From Candidatus Hydrogenedentota bacterium (GTDB lineage: Bacteria; Hydrogenedentota; Hydrogenedentia; Hydrogenedentales; SLHB01), in assembly GCA_029974275.1 (NCBI GenBank), contig JARKSN010000304.1, positions 1-23,827 of the forward strand: 23,827 bases of DNA. Direction: 5' to 3'. The notes beneath the pieces were generated by a model. That model was not told the DNA's origin. It saw only the letters and a list, made by a program, of their open reading frames with translations, and did no database searches. The position numbers were made by a program, and so were the translations under genes. Positions 1-8,149 of this stretch are shown piece after piece (position 1 is the stretch's first letter; the number at the start of each line of letters is the position of its first letter).

Positions 1-142
1 CGATTCGAGCATAGGCGGCAAGTATTTTGCGGTATCGGCCGTCTGCTTTGCCCAGAGCGAGTTCGTCGAAGAGTCGGGGCGCGCGTAGGTAAAGAGCGCG
101 GAAACCTTCGCGGCAGGCCTTGTGGGCCAAAGAACAGGCGAT
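1..142 (-). pseudogene. istB: IS21-family helper ATPase IstB, 5'-truncated fragment (continues off window start)
   Basis: Manual translation of the minus strand from 142 gives IACSLAHKACREGFRALYLRAPRLFDELALGKADGRYRKILAAYARI, the typical IstB segment just after Walker A. The upstream GxGKS/T motif is absent and an in-frame TGA lies a few codons upstream. Not in the ORF track. Confidence 0.85.
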
Positions 143-177
143 GGCTATTGTGCGCTGACCTCAACTGGTTCAGCTAT

Positions 178-645
178 TCAAAGACACCTAACGACATGAC
201 GCTGACCTTTCGCAAGCTGCCCATAGAGAAATGCAACGATATGAGCTGTTTTGGGAGCGATACCGAGTTTCTTCAGTTCGCCCGCGATGCGGCGGTAGCC
301 CCATGCAATATTTTCTCGGGCTATGGAGCCGACCAGTCGCCGCAGTTCGTCCACAATGCGTGGCCACCCCGAGCGCTTGAAAGTGAATCCTCCGCGAGTC
401 AGGGACAACCACCGTCGGTAGGTCGCCGGTCTGACCTCGTCGACCAGACCGTCCACCTCATGGTCGAAGGCGGCTCCCCAGCGGAGGAGTTCGGCCTTCT
501 CTGCCGGAGTCGGGACAATTCGCTCGACTGGGATACGCGCGCGCAAAATGCGCAGTTGCGCCCGCATGAACTGGACGTGGGTGTTATGACGGGGCAGGAA
601 AAAGTGCAGGGCCAGACCCAAGACCACCTGAAAAACACGCTCCAA
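178..645 (-). mobile_element. Truncated integrase-core-type transposase (N-terminal/HTH part only)
   Basis: VRPATYRRW...GWPRI...IARENIAWGYRRIAGELKKLGI is the hallmark N-terminus of IS3/IS481-like integrase-core transposases. Similarity stops near 259 and no DDE domain follows. Probable TTG start at 645 with GAAGGA upstream. Confidence 0.75.
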
Positions 646-844
646 ACGGGACCGTCCTTCCCAAAAACGAAATACTCGCAACTCCTTGGTCGGCAACCGT
701 TTGCCAACATGCGTATATTTTGGAACGCTCAGGAAAGCGAATGCAAACGCCTCGCCGGGGCGGATAGGCAGGGAATGGCTACCTAAAACAACCGAGGTGA
801 CTTGAAACGGAGATTTTCCGACTCCAGAACGGTACGCTCCAGTG

Positions 845-2461
845 TTACGGTTTCTTGATTCCCCATTTGTTCATGCGGGAGAGCAGGGTGGTGGGGTTTA
901 CGCCCAATAGTTCTGCAGCGCCATCTGGTCCTTTGATCTTCCAATTGGTCTTTTCGAGAATGATCCGGAGGTTGTCGCGTTCGCGGCGTTGGAGTTCGGC
1001 TTCGGTAAGAAACTTCTGTTGAGCCTCGTCGCTGGCGGGGGGCGTAGATAGAGCCGGGGGCCCTGGCTGGTTTGCTGCCGGCAGGTCAAAGTCTAGCGTG
1101 CCGCCGCGCGCCAGAATGACGGCACGTTCGATGACGTTGCGCAATTCGCGAACGTTGCCGGGCCAATCGTAGCTCTGTAGTTTCGCGACTGCCACCCGAG
1201 TTGCGCGCGGCTTGGCGCATTTCAGGTCTCGCGTGGAGAGTTCGACAAAGTGTTTCGCCAGCGCTGGAATATCGTCCAGTCGGTCCCGTAGCGGGGGGAC
1301 TTGGATCGGGAAAACGTTCAGTCGGTAGTAGAGGTCTTCGCGAAACCGGCCGCTGGCGACCGCCTGTTTCAGGTCGCGGTTGGTGGCCGCGATAATCCGC
1401 ACATCGGCGCGACGCGTGCGATCATCGCCGACGCGTTCGTAGCGTTTCTCTTGAAGCACGCGCAGGAGTTTGTTTTGGATGTCAAGAGGGATCTCACCCA
1501 CTTCATCCAGGAAAAGTGTCCCGCCCTCCGCAGTCTCAAAACGCCCCGCCCGATCCTTCAAGGCTCCGGTAAATGCGCCTTTGACGTGGCCGAAGAATTC
1601 GCTCTCGAACAGCTCTCGTGGAATGGAAGCACAGTTAACTCGAACCAGAGGACCGTCTTTGCGTCCGCTACGCCGGTGAATTTCGTGGGCCACGAGTTCT
1701 TTGCCGGTGCCCGTCTCCCCGAGAATGAGCACCGAAGCTTCCGTGGGCGCAACCAGCTCAACCTGGCTGACGATGTGCCTGAGCGGGGCGCTTTGGCCGA
1801 TGAGGTCGCCAAATGCCTTTGCCTCGATGACCGCTTCTTCCAGATAGGAATTCTGAAGCTCGAGTTGCTCTTTGAGACGCTGAATCTCCTCGAAGGCCCG
1901 AGCATTGGCAATAGCCGCGCCCAATTGGTCGGCAAAAACCCGTCCCCACGACTCTAACCCCCCCGGCCAGTTCCCGCGCGTGAAGCCGGCGCATATGCCA
2001 AAAATATTGTCTTTGAACCGAATCGGGCCTACCAAGAACTCTCGGATGCCTTCCTCGACGACCCATTCCATACCCGCGAGCGACGCCGCTGGCTCATCCG
2101 AAATCGTCCCGAATTTCGGTTGACCGGACGCCGCAGATTCGCCGATTAGGCCTACGCCCAACGGCACGCGCTCATCGAGGTTTTCGTACGGTCGCGGCCC
2201 ATTGCCGGAGCCCAACATGGACTTTCCCTTCGCGGCAACCAAGTGCAGGCAACGAGACTGGTCGGGACATTGGGCTCGGCGCGGGCACGTTGTACACAGG
2301 TCGCCTATGTCAATCAGCCAGATTTGGACGATGTCCACTGTTTGCGCGGCGCGTTCGACGAATCTCCGAAACACACGATCCAACGAATGCTCGCTGCCAA
2401 CGTCGACGAGCAACCCGGCTGCGAACCAAGGGTCGAAACGACTATCGCTGTGAAATTCCAT
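845..2461 (-). CDS. Sigma-54-dependent enhancer-binding activator, FhlA-like (GAF + AAA+ + Fis-type HTH), with Cys-rich insert
   Basis: Walker A GETGTGKE, GAFTGA loop, Walker B LFLDEVGE, FREDLYYRLNV, WPGNVREL, C-terminal GAAELLGVNPTTLLSRM HTH; N-terminal GAF-like region. Confidence 0.95.
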   Translation of the reverse strand: MEFHSDSRFDPWFAAGLLVDVGSEHSLDRVFRRFVERAAQTVDIVQIWLIDIGDLCTTCPRRAQCPDQSRCLHLVAAKGKSMLGSGNGPRPYENLDERVPLGVGLIGESAASGQPKFGTISDEPAASLAGMEWVVEEGIREFLVGPIRFKDNIFGICAGFTRGNWPGGLESWGRVFADQLGAAIANARAFEEIQRLKEQLELQNSYLEEAVIEAKAFGDLIGQSAPLRHIVSQVELVAPTEASVLILGETGTGKELVAHEIHRRSGRKDGPLVRVNCASIPRELFESEFFGHVKGAFTGALKDRAGRFETAEGGTLFLDEVGEIPLDIQNKLLRVLQEKRYERVGDDRTRRADVRIIAATNRDLKQAVASGRFREDLYYRLNVFPIQVPPLRDRLDDIPALAKHFVELSTRDLKCAKPRATRVAVAKLQSYDWPGNVRELRNVIERAVILARGGTLDFDLPAANQPGPPALSTPPASDEAQQKFLTEAELQRRERDNLRIILEKTNWKIKGPDGAAELLGVNPTTLLSRMNKWGIKKP

Positions 2462-2467
2462 GCCTTA

Positions 2468-2496
2468 ATGCTAACAGGACTCGGTCAGAACGTCAA
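2468..2496 (-). promoter_or_regulatory. Sigma-70-type promoter for the activator (probably leaderless)
   Basis: Minus strand TTGACG-N17-TAGCAT, followed by 6 nt and then the ATG at 2461. Confidence 0.65.
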
Positions 2497-2504
2497 TCAT
2501 GATT

Positions 2505-2522
2505 CGCATGAATTTTCATACG
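2505..2522. promoter_or_regulatory. Candidate upstream activator site (imperfect palindrome)
   Basis: CGCATGAA-TT-TTCATACG (1 mismatch), about 85-100 bp upstream of the -24 element, followed by an AT-rich tract. Confidence 0.4.
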
Positions 2523-2579
2523 TTCAATATATCGTACCCGAATCCATTGTGCGTATTATTTTTTAAGTCACTATTTAAT

Positions 2580-2598
2580 AAATGGTTATGAACCATTT
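2580..2598. promoter_or_regulatory. Perfect 8-bp inverted repeat next to the sigma-54 promoter (candidate operator)
   Basis: AAATGGTT-atg-AACCATTT. Confidence 0.4.
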
Positions 2599-2605
2599 CG
2601 CGGAT

Positions 2606-2621
2606 TGGCATAGCACGTGCT
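2606..2621 (+). promoter_or_regulatory. Sigma-54 (-24/-12) promoter
   Basis: TGGCATAGCACGTGCT: GG(2607-8)-N10-GC(2619-20), divergent from a bEBP gene and about 35 bp upstream of the first ATG. Confidence 0.85.
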
Positions 2622-2654
2622 CTTATTGCATCGGAACCATGAGAGGTAAAAGGC

Positions 2655-3032
2655 ATGGACGAAAAACACGACAGATCGAAACCTTTTCAGGTTGATGCGG
2701 AGAATTTCGATTTGGAGGTGCTGCAATCCGAGCAGCCCGTCCTGGTTGGGTTTGTGACGCAGTGGAGTCACCCTTGCCAAATCCTTGTGTCAGTGCTGGA
2801 TGAGATTGCCTCTTCGTGCGCTGGCGAATTGAAGGTTGCCGTGGTCAACGCTGACGAGAATCCAGATCTGGCCCTGTGGTACGACATCCGAAGTGTCCCC
2901 ACACTTCTTTACTTCATGGCGGGAAACGTCCGAGGCAAAATTGTCGGGACCGCGACCCAAGGGGCCATTCTGTCCAAACTCGAGGCCATCTCAACCACCG
3001 ACGCAGTTCCGAGGAGATCCGACAATGCGTAA
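2655..3032 (+). CDS. Thioredoxin-like protein with atypical SxxC (WSHPC) site
   Basis: FDLEVLQSEQPVLVGFVTQWSHPC...VNADENPDLALWYDIRSVPTL shows the thioredoxin fold with the cis-Pro loop; GAGAGG RBS. Confidence 0.9.
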   Translation: MDEKHDRSKPFQVDAENFDLEVLQSEQPVLVGFVTQWSHPCQILVSVLDEIASSCAGELKVAVVNADENPDLALWYDIRSVPTLLYFMAGNVRGKIVGTATQGAILSKLEAISTTDAVPRRSDNA

Positions 3033-4245
3033 TCTTGCTTGCCCCAGTTTCAAACGACTTATAGGCCTCGTCGCCAAGCGAAAACGGGTGACATGGAGCG
3101 TTGTAACGGTCTTGGGTCTGGCCGCGCTGGCGGCGATCCTCGCCTTTTCGCCATTGAAGACGTTCCTGTCCGTACATGGAAATGGCACAGCGTCGGCCGC
3201 CGCCAAAGCCGGCGATGATAAGCAAACGGAAGGGGCGCGACCCGCTGAAGAGGAGTGTCTTGTTCGCGCTCAGGTTGTCGGCTCCGTCAAAGATTCGCGG
3301 GAGTATGTGTACTCAGGGGAAGTTCGCGGGCGGTACGAGAGCATGTTGGCGTTTCAGGCAGGGGGACGCATTATCAAACGAAACGTGCAACTGGGAGACG
3401 TCGTCCACGCCGGAGATATTCTTATGGAAATCGATCCAAAAGATATCAAGGAATCCGTCGCGTTGGCTTCCGCCCAGGTGCGCGCTGCGGAGTCCCAGGT
3501 ACGGTTGGCGGAGGTCAATCTGGGGCGTTTCCAGCGGCTGCATCGCGACGGCGCGATTCCAAAGCAGCAATTGGATCAGACCCAGACGGCCTACGATGCG
3601 GCGTCGGCCGCACGCGATCAAGCCGCCGCGTTGAGGGCCGTGAGCGCCAACCAGCTTGAATACACTCTCCTGCGCGCGGACCAGGATGGCGTTATCGCCG
3701 GTGTCATGGCTGAGATTGGCCAAGTTGTCGGGCCTGGTACGCCCGTCATTGTTCTCGTTCGCGAGGGTGACCGTGAAATCGAGATCTCCGTACCCGAAAA
3801 CAGAATCGACTCGTTGCACAAAGTCAAGGGCATTACGGTTTCTTTTTGGGCGTTGTCGGGAGTCGAACTGATTGGCGAGATCCGTGAGACGGCGCCCATG
3901 GCCGATCCCATCTTGCGGACGTACAAGACGCGGATTCGGCTCTTAAGCCCGCCAGCGGACGTCAAGCTCGGCATGACAGCATCCGTTCGCGTGGAAACGG
4001 ATGATAACGGGGCGCACATCCGCCTAGTCCCGCTATCGGCAATTTACCAGGAAAACGACAAACCAAATGTCTGGCTTGTAAAAGACGGGAAACTCGAATT
4101 GCAGCCCGTCGAATTGGATGGCTTCGGCACGGAAACCGTGCGGGTTGTGAGAGGTCTTGAGGACGGCGATGTCGTCGTGACGGCCGGCGTCCACAAACTG
4201 ACGCGCGGCCAAAAGGTCCGAATTTCAGAAGGCGCCAAGTCATGA
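3025..4245 (+). CDS. RND efflux periplasmic adaptor (membrane fusion protein)
   Basis: N-terminal TM, LAFQAGGRI...VQLGDVVHAGDIL, LRADQDGVI, GQVVGPG, GLEDGDVVVTAGVHKL. Start set to ATG 3025 (GAGGAG at 3011) rather than 2836; ATGA overlap with the permease. Confidence 0.93.
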   Translation: MRNLACPSFKRLIGLVAKRKRVTWSVVTVLGLAALAAILAFSPLKTFLSVHGNGTASAAAKAGDDKQTEGARPAEEECLVRAQVVGSVKDSREYVYSGEVRGRYESMLAFQAGGRIIKRNVQLGDVVHAGDILMEIDPKDIKESVALASAQVRAAESQVRLAEVNLGRFQRLHRDGAIPKQQLDQTQTAYDAASAARDQAAALRAVSANQLEYTLLRADQDGVIAGVMAEIGQVVGPGTPVIVLVREGDREIEISVPENRIDSLHKVKGITVSFWALSGVELIGEIRETAPMADPILRTYKTRIRLLSPPADVKLGMTASVRVETDDNGAHIRLVPLSAIYQENDKPNVWLVKDGKLELQPVELDGFGTETVRVVRGLEDGDVVVTAGVHKLTRGQKVRISEGAKS

Positions 4246-7200
4246 ACAGCTTCAACCTTACCGATTGGGCGCTGAAACATCGCCAAATCATCCTCTATTT
4301 TGTCGTAATGATCTTTGTGGGAGGCGCCATTTCCTATTTGCGACTCGGCCGGATGGAAGACCCGGATTTCACTATTCGCAAGATGGTCGTAGCCGCAGTT
4401 TGGCCGGGGGCGAGCGCGCACGATGTTGAAGAGCAGTTGACGGATAAGCTTGAGAAGAAGCTCCAGGACACGCCCGGCCTGGATTACCTGGACAGCTATT
4501 CCTATCCCGGAAAGTCCGTGATTTACGTGACTCTGAAGGATGACGCTGTGACTGGAGAGCAGACCCGCGCGATTTGGCAGGAAGTTCGCAACATGGTCAA
4601 CGACGTCCGGCACACCTTGCCGCAAGGCGTGATCGGCCCATTCTTCAACGACCGTTTTGACGATGTGTTCGGCTGTATCTACGCGCTTACGTCCGACGGG
4701 TTTTCCATGGAGGAAATGCGGGCCACGATGGAACGAATCCGCCGGATCGCGCTGGCGGTGCCGAGTGTGCGGAAGGCGGACCTCATTGGCGTTCAGCCCG
4801 AGAAGGTTTACATCGAAATCGACAACGCCAAACTGGCCGCATTCGGAGTTGATCCCGCGCTGGTGTTGCATACCATCCAGGCCCAAAATGCGATGACCCC
4901 ATCCGGAATGCTCGAAACCTCCACAGACAATGTATATCTGCGCGTGTCCGGCATGTTTGACAGCGTGGATAGCCTGCGCGACCTCCCGATTCGCGTCGCG
5001 GGAATGGCGTTTCGCCTGAGCGACGTCGCCAAGATTGAGCGCGCGTATGCGGAACCCGCCGAACCAAAATTTTTCTTCAATGGGCGTCCCGCCATCGGGC
5101 TCGCGATTTCCATGGAGAAAGGTGGAAACGTCATTACGTTGGGCAAGAACCTTGAAGCCATGGTGGCCGAGGTTAAGAGCCAGCTTCCCCAGGGGATGGA
5201 ACTTTCGACGGTTGCGAACCAGCCGGAGGTCGTGAAGGAATCCATCAACGAGTTTGTGAAATCACTGGCCGAAGCTGTCGGGATCGTCCTGATCGTGAGC
5301 TTTATCAGCCTCGGGTTGCGTTCGGGCGTGGTTGTCGCGCTCTGCATTCCGCTGGTGATCTCGGGCGTATTCGTCTGCATGAACATGCTCGGGATTGACT
5401 TGCACAAGATTTCGCTGGGCGCGCTGATCATCGCTTTGGGCCTTCTCGTGGACGACGCCATCATCGCCATTGAGATGATGATTGTGAAACTCGAGCAGGG
5501 ATGGGACCGCACAAAGGCGGCGTCCTTCGCGTATACAGCGACGGCCTATCCACGGCTAACCGGCGCATTGGTCACCTGCGCAGGTTTTATCCCAGTTGGC
5601 TTTTCAAAAGGGACTGCATCCGAGTTTGTCGGCAGCATTTTCTCCGTGGTTACGATTGCGCTCTTGCTTTCATGGGTGGTTGCCGGCGCGGTAACGCCAC
5701 TGTTGGGATACTACCTGGTGCGGATAAAATCCGCTGCGGGAGGCGGCGAACACCACGATATCTATGATACCCCCTTCTACCGCTTCTTCAGGCGTATGTT
5801 GGCATGGTGTCTGCGGCACAGGGGGCTGGTGCTTGTTGTCACCGTATTAAGTTTTGTGGGCGCGGTCTTCCTGATGGGCAAAGTCCAGCAGGAATTTTTC
5901 CCGGCCTCTGCCCGCCCCGAATTGATTGTCGATATGCGGTTGCCTCAAGGCGCCTCCATAAAAGCCACTGAGGAAAGGGCATTGGCTTTTGCCAAACGTT
6001 TTGAGGGCGACCCGACGATTGCGAACTACTCGCTGTATGTCGGCGCCGGTGTGCCGCGTTTCGTGCTGACTTCCGATCCCGCTGACCCGGACACCAATTT
6101 CGCCCAAGTCGTTTTTGTTGCGAAAGACCGTGAGTCCCGCATCGCGTTGACGAAAAAGGTTAACCAGACGCTACAGAACGAATTCCCCGAGATCCAAGGC
6201 AACATAAAACTGATCCAAACCGGGCCCCCTAACTCGTATCCCGTGATGCTCCGCGTGAGCGGTTACGAGCATGATAAGGTGCGCGATCTGGCGGAACAGG
6301 TGTGCAACGTCATGAGAGCTGACGCCAATTTGTGGAACGTCAACATGAATTGGCACGAGAAAAGCAAGATCATGCGCATTGCGGTCGACCAGGACAAGGC
6401 GCGGATACAGGGCGTTGACAGTCAGACGTTGGCGCTGACCCTGCAAACTCTCATTTCCGGTGCGGCCCTCAGCGAATACCGTGAAGCGGATAAGACGGTC
6501 GCCATTGTATTCCGTGTCGGCGAGCGGAACCGGACTGATTTAGCAAATATCAGGGACTTGGCTATTTCGATTGGAAACGGGAAATCGGTCGCACTGGATC
6601 AGATCGCGACCATCAAATTCGAAGCCGAAGACGGTCTTATTCGCCGAAGGGACCTTAAACCCGCCATTACTGTGCAGGCCAACACGATTGACGGGGTGCT
6701 GGGCAACGATGCCACGAAGGCACTCTACGCCCGCTTGAGTTCGCTTCGGGCTTCATTGCCGCCCGGCTACGCCATTACCATCGGCGGTCCGCTGGAAGAC
6801 AGCAACAAGGCCACCAACTGGTTAATGCAACCTGTTCCGGCGATGTTCGCGGTGATTTTTACGCTGTTGATGTTCCAGTTGAAAAGCATTCCCAAAATGG
6901 TCTTGACGCTGCTGACAGCGCCGCTCGGCATCATCGGTGTCAGCATCAGCCTGCTCGCAACGGGAAGACCAATGGGCTTTGTCGTGCAACTCGGGATTCT
7001 GGCGCTGGCAGGGATCATCATGCGCAACTCCGTGATCCTCATTGATCAAATTGACCAACAACTAGCGGCCGGTCAATCGCCGTGGGATGCAGTTTTGAAC
7101 GCGACCGTGCTCCGCTTTCGCCCTATCATGCTGACGGCCATCGCGGCCATCCTGGGGATGATTCCGCTGATCTCCAGCGTCTTTTGGGGGCCCATGGCCA

Positions 7201-7346
7201 TTGCCATCGCCGGAGGCCTCTTTGGGGCGACTCTGTTGACGCTCATCGTGTTGCCGACGATGTATGTGGCGATCTATCGAGTTCATCCGCCACGCCCTGC
7301 CGGCGCATGGTCAGACGGCTCCTTCGCAGAAGGAAGTTCTTCATGA
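4242..7346 (+). CDS. RND efflux permease, AcrB/AcrD/AcrF family (MexK/TriC-like N-terminus)
   Basis: 1034 aa; FNLTDWALKHR, GRMEDPDFT, TM4 GLLVDDAII, TM11 RFRPIMLT. Confidence 0.96.
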   Translation: MNSFNLTDWALKHRQIILYFVVMIFVGGAISYLRLGRMEDPDFTIRKMVVAAVWPGASAHDVEEQLTDKLEKKLQDTPGLDYLDSYSYPGKSVIYVTLKDDAVTGEQTRAIWQEVRNMVNDVRHTLPQGVIGPFFNDRFDDVFGCIYALTSDGFSMEEMRATMERIRRIALAVPSVRKADLIGVQPEKVYIEIDNAKLAAFGVDPALVLHTIQAQNAMTPSGMLETSTDNVYLRVSGMFDSVDSLRDLPIRVAGMAFRLSDVAKIERAYAEPAEPKFFFNGRPAIGLAISMEKGGNVITLGKNLEAMVAEVKSQLPQGMELSTVANQPEVVKESINEFVKSLAEAVGIVLIVSFISLGLRSGVVVALCIPLVISGVFVCMNMLGIDLHKISLGALIIALGLLVDDAIIAIEMMIVKLEQGWDRTKAASFAYTATAYPRLTGALVTCAGFIPVGFSKGTASEFVGSIFSVVTIALLLSWVVAGAVTPLLGYYLVRIKSAAGGGEHHDIYDTPFYRFFRRMLAWCLRHRGLVLVVTVLSFVGAVFLMGKVQQEFFPASARPELIVDMRLPQGASIKATEERALAFAKRFEGDPTIANYSLYVGAGVPRFVLTSDPADPDTNFAQVVFVAKDRESRIALTKKVNQTLQNEFPEIQGNIKLIQTGPPNSYPVMLRVSGYEHDKVRDLAEQVCNVMRADANLWNVNMNWHEKSKIMRIAVDQDKARIQGVDSQTLALTLQTLISGAALSEYREADKTVAIVFRVGERNRTDLANIRDLAISIGNGKSVALDQIATIKFEAEDGLIRRRDLKPAITVQANTIDGVLGNDATKALYARLSSLRASLPPGYAITIGGPLEDSNKATNWLMQPVPAMFAVIFTLLMFQLKSIPKMVLTLLTAPLGIIGVSISLLATGRPMGFVVQLGILALAGIIMRNSVILIDQIDQQLAAGQSPWDAVLNATVLRFRPIMLTAIAAILGMIPLISSVFWGPMAIAIAGGLFGATLLTLIVLPTMYVAIYRVHPPRPAGAWSDGSFAEGSSS

Positions 7347-7456
7347 ACATGAGTCTGGATCTGCTCCTCTCATGGCGGCCACCTCACCGCCTTCAACCCG
7401 GGCCCGTGCACCCGGCCCCCTATCCCGATCGCGGCTCCCTCACTGCCGCACTTCAC

Positions 7457-7489
7457 GCCGGGCGCGTGCCCTCCCCTCACGCGCCCGGC
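7457..7489. repeat. Perfect 12-bp GC-rich inverted repeat (hairpin) after the RND permease
   Basis: GCCGGGCGCGTG-ccctcccct-CACGCGCCCGGC; no clear U-tract. Confidence 0.6.
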
Positions 7490-7557
7490 CGCGCTTCGTC
7501 GGAGTTTGAGAACGGACTGGCCGGGAAGACGGCGAATGGAATGAAAGGAGAATTTCA

Positions 7558-7989
7558 ATGCAAACGAACCATCCCTCAGAACCACTGGTCGACGTGGCAG
7601 AGGCAGGGCCAATTACCGTGGTTTCCATCCGAGCGGCCTCGTTGACGGACACGAAGTTAATGACACAAATTGCCCAAGAGGTTCGCGCCATCTCCACGCG
7701 GAACCAGCCGCCAAATATCCTGCTCGATTTCCACTGCGTGACACGCATCTCAATCGACTTTCTTGACAAAATGAGAACGGTCGTGGAGGAAATCGAGAAG
7801 CGCGGCGGAACTATTCAGTGCTGTTCCTTGAGAGAGGAGATGCGGGCGATTCTGAAGATCCTGGGCGTTGATCCTCGCTATGTTGGCCACTCCGTTCAAC
7901 ACGCGGTGATGAGGTATGCGACATGGCTTGAGAAGCGGAAGCAAATCACGCCGAAAGCGGCTATTTCGAAATGGCACGCCCTTATGTAG
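7558..7989 (+). CDS. STAS-domain (anti-sigma-factor antagonist-like) protein
   Basis: NILLDFHCVTRISIDFLDKM...IEKRGGTIQCCSLREEMRAILKILG matches the STAS pattern; AAAGGAG RBS. Confidence 0.75.
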   Translation: MQTNHPSEPLVDVAEAGPITVVSIRAASLTDTKLMTQIAQEVRAISTRNQPPNILLDFHCVTRISIDFLDKMRTVVEEIEKRGGTIQCCSLREEMRAILKILGVDPRYVGHSVQHAVMRYATWLEKRKQITPKAAISKWHALM

Positions 7990-8149
7990 ACGCGGTTTTG
8001 CTGCCGAACTAGCGGACAAAGTCTCGCGATACCCTGTGGCGGAATTCGGTTTCCCGGTGTACGGGAGGATTCGACCATGTGCCGTCACGGAAGGCGGGAA
8101 GTCGTAGAATTGGGAAGTTGGGAAAATGACAAGGATCAAGGAGTTTGAA

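Noticed and set aside
186..192. ACCTAAC resembling an integron attC inverse core
   Set aside because: No matching downstream GTTRRRY or attC stem, and no integron integrase in the window.
148..786. 212-aa plus-strand ORF
   Set aside because: Antisense to the transposase remnant; no motifs.
7355..7410. HGGHLTAFNPG resembling a histidine-kinase C-terminus
   Set aside because: Too short, and lacks the G-box motifs needed to support a remnant.
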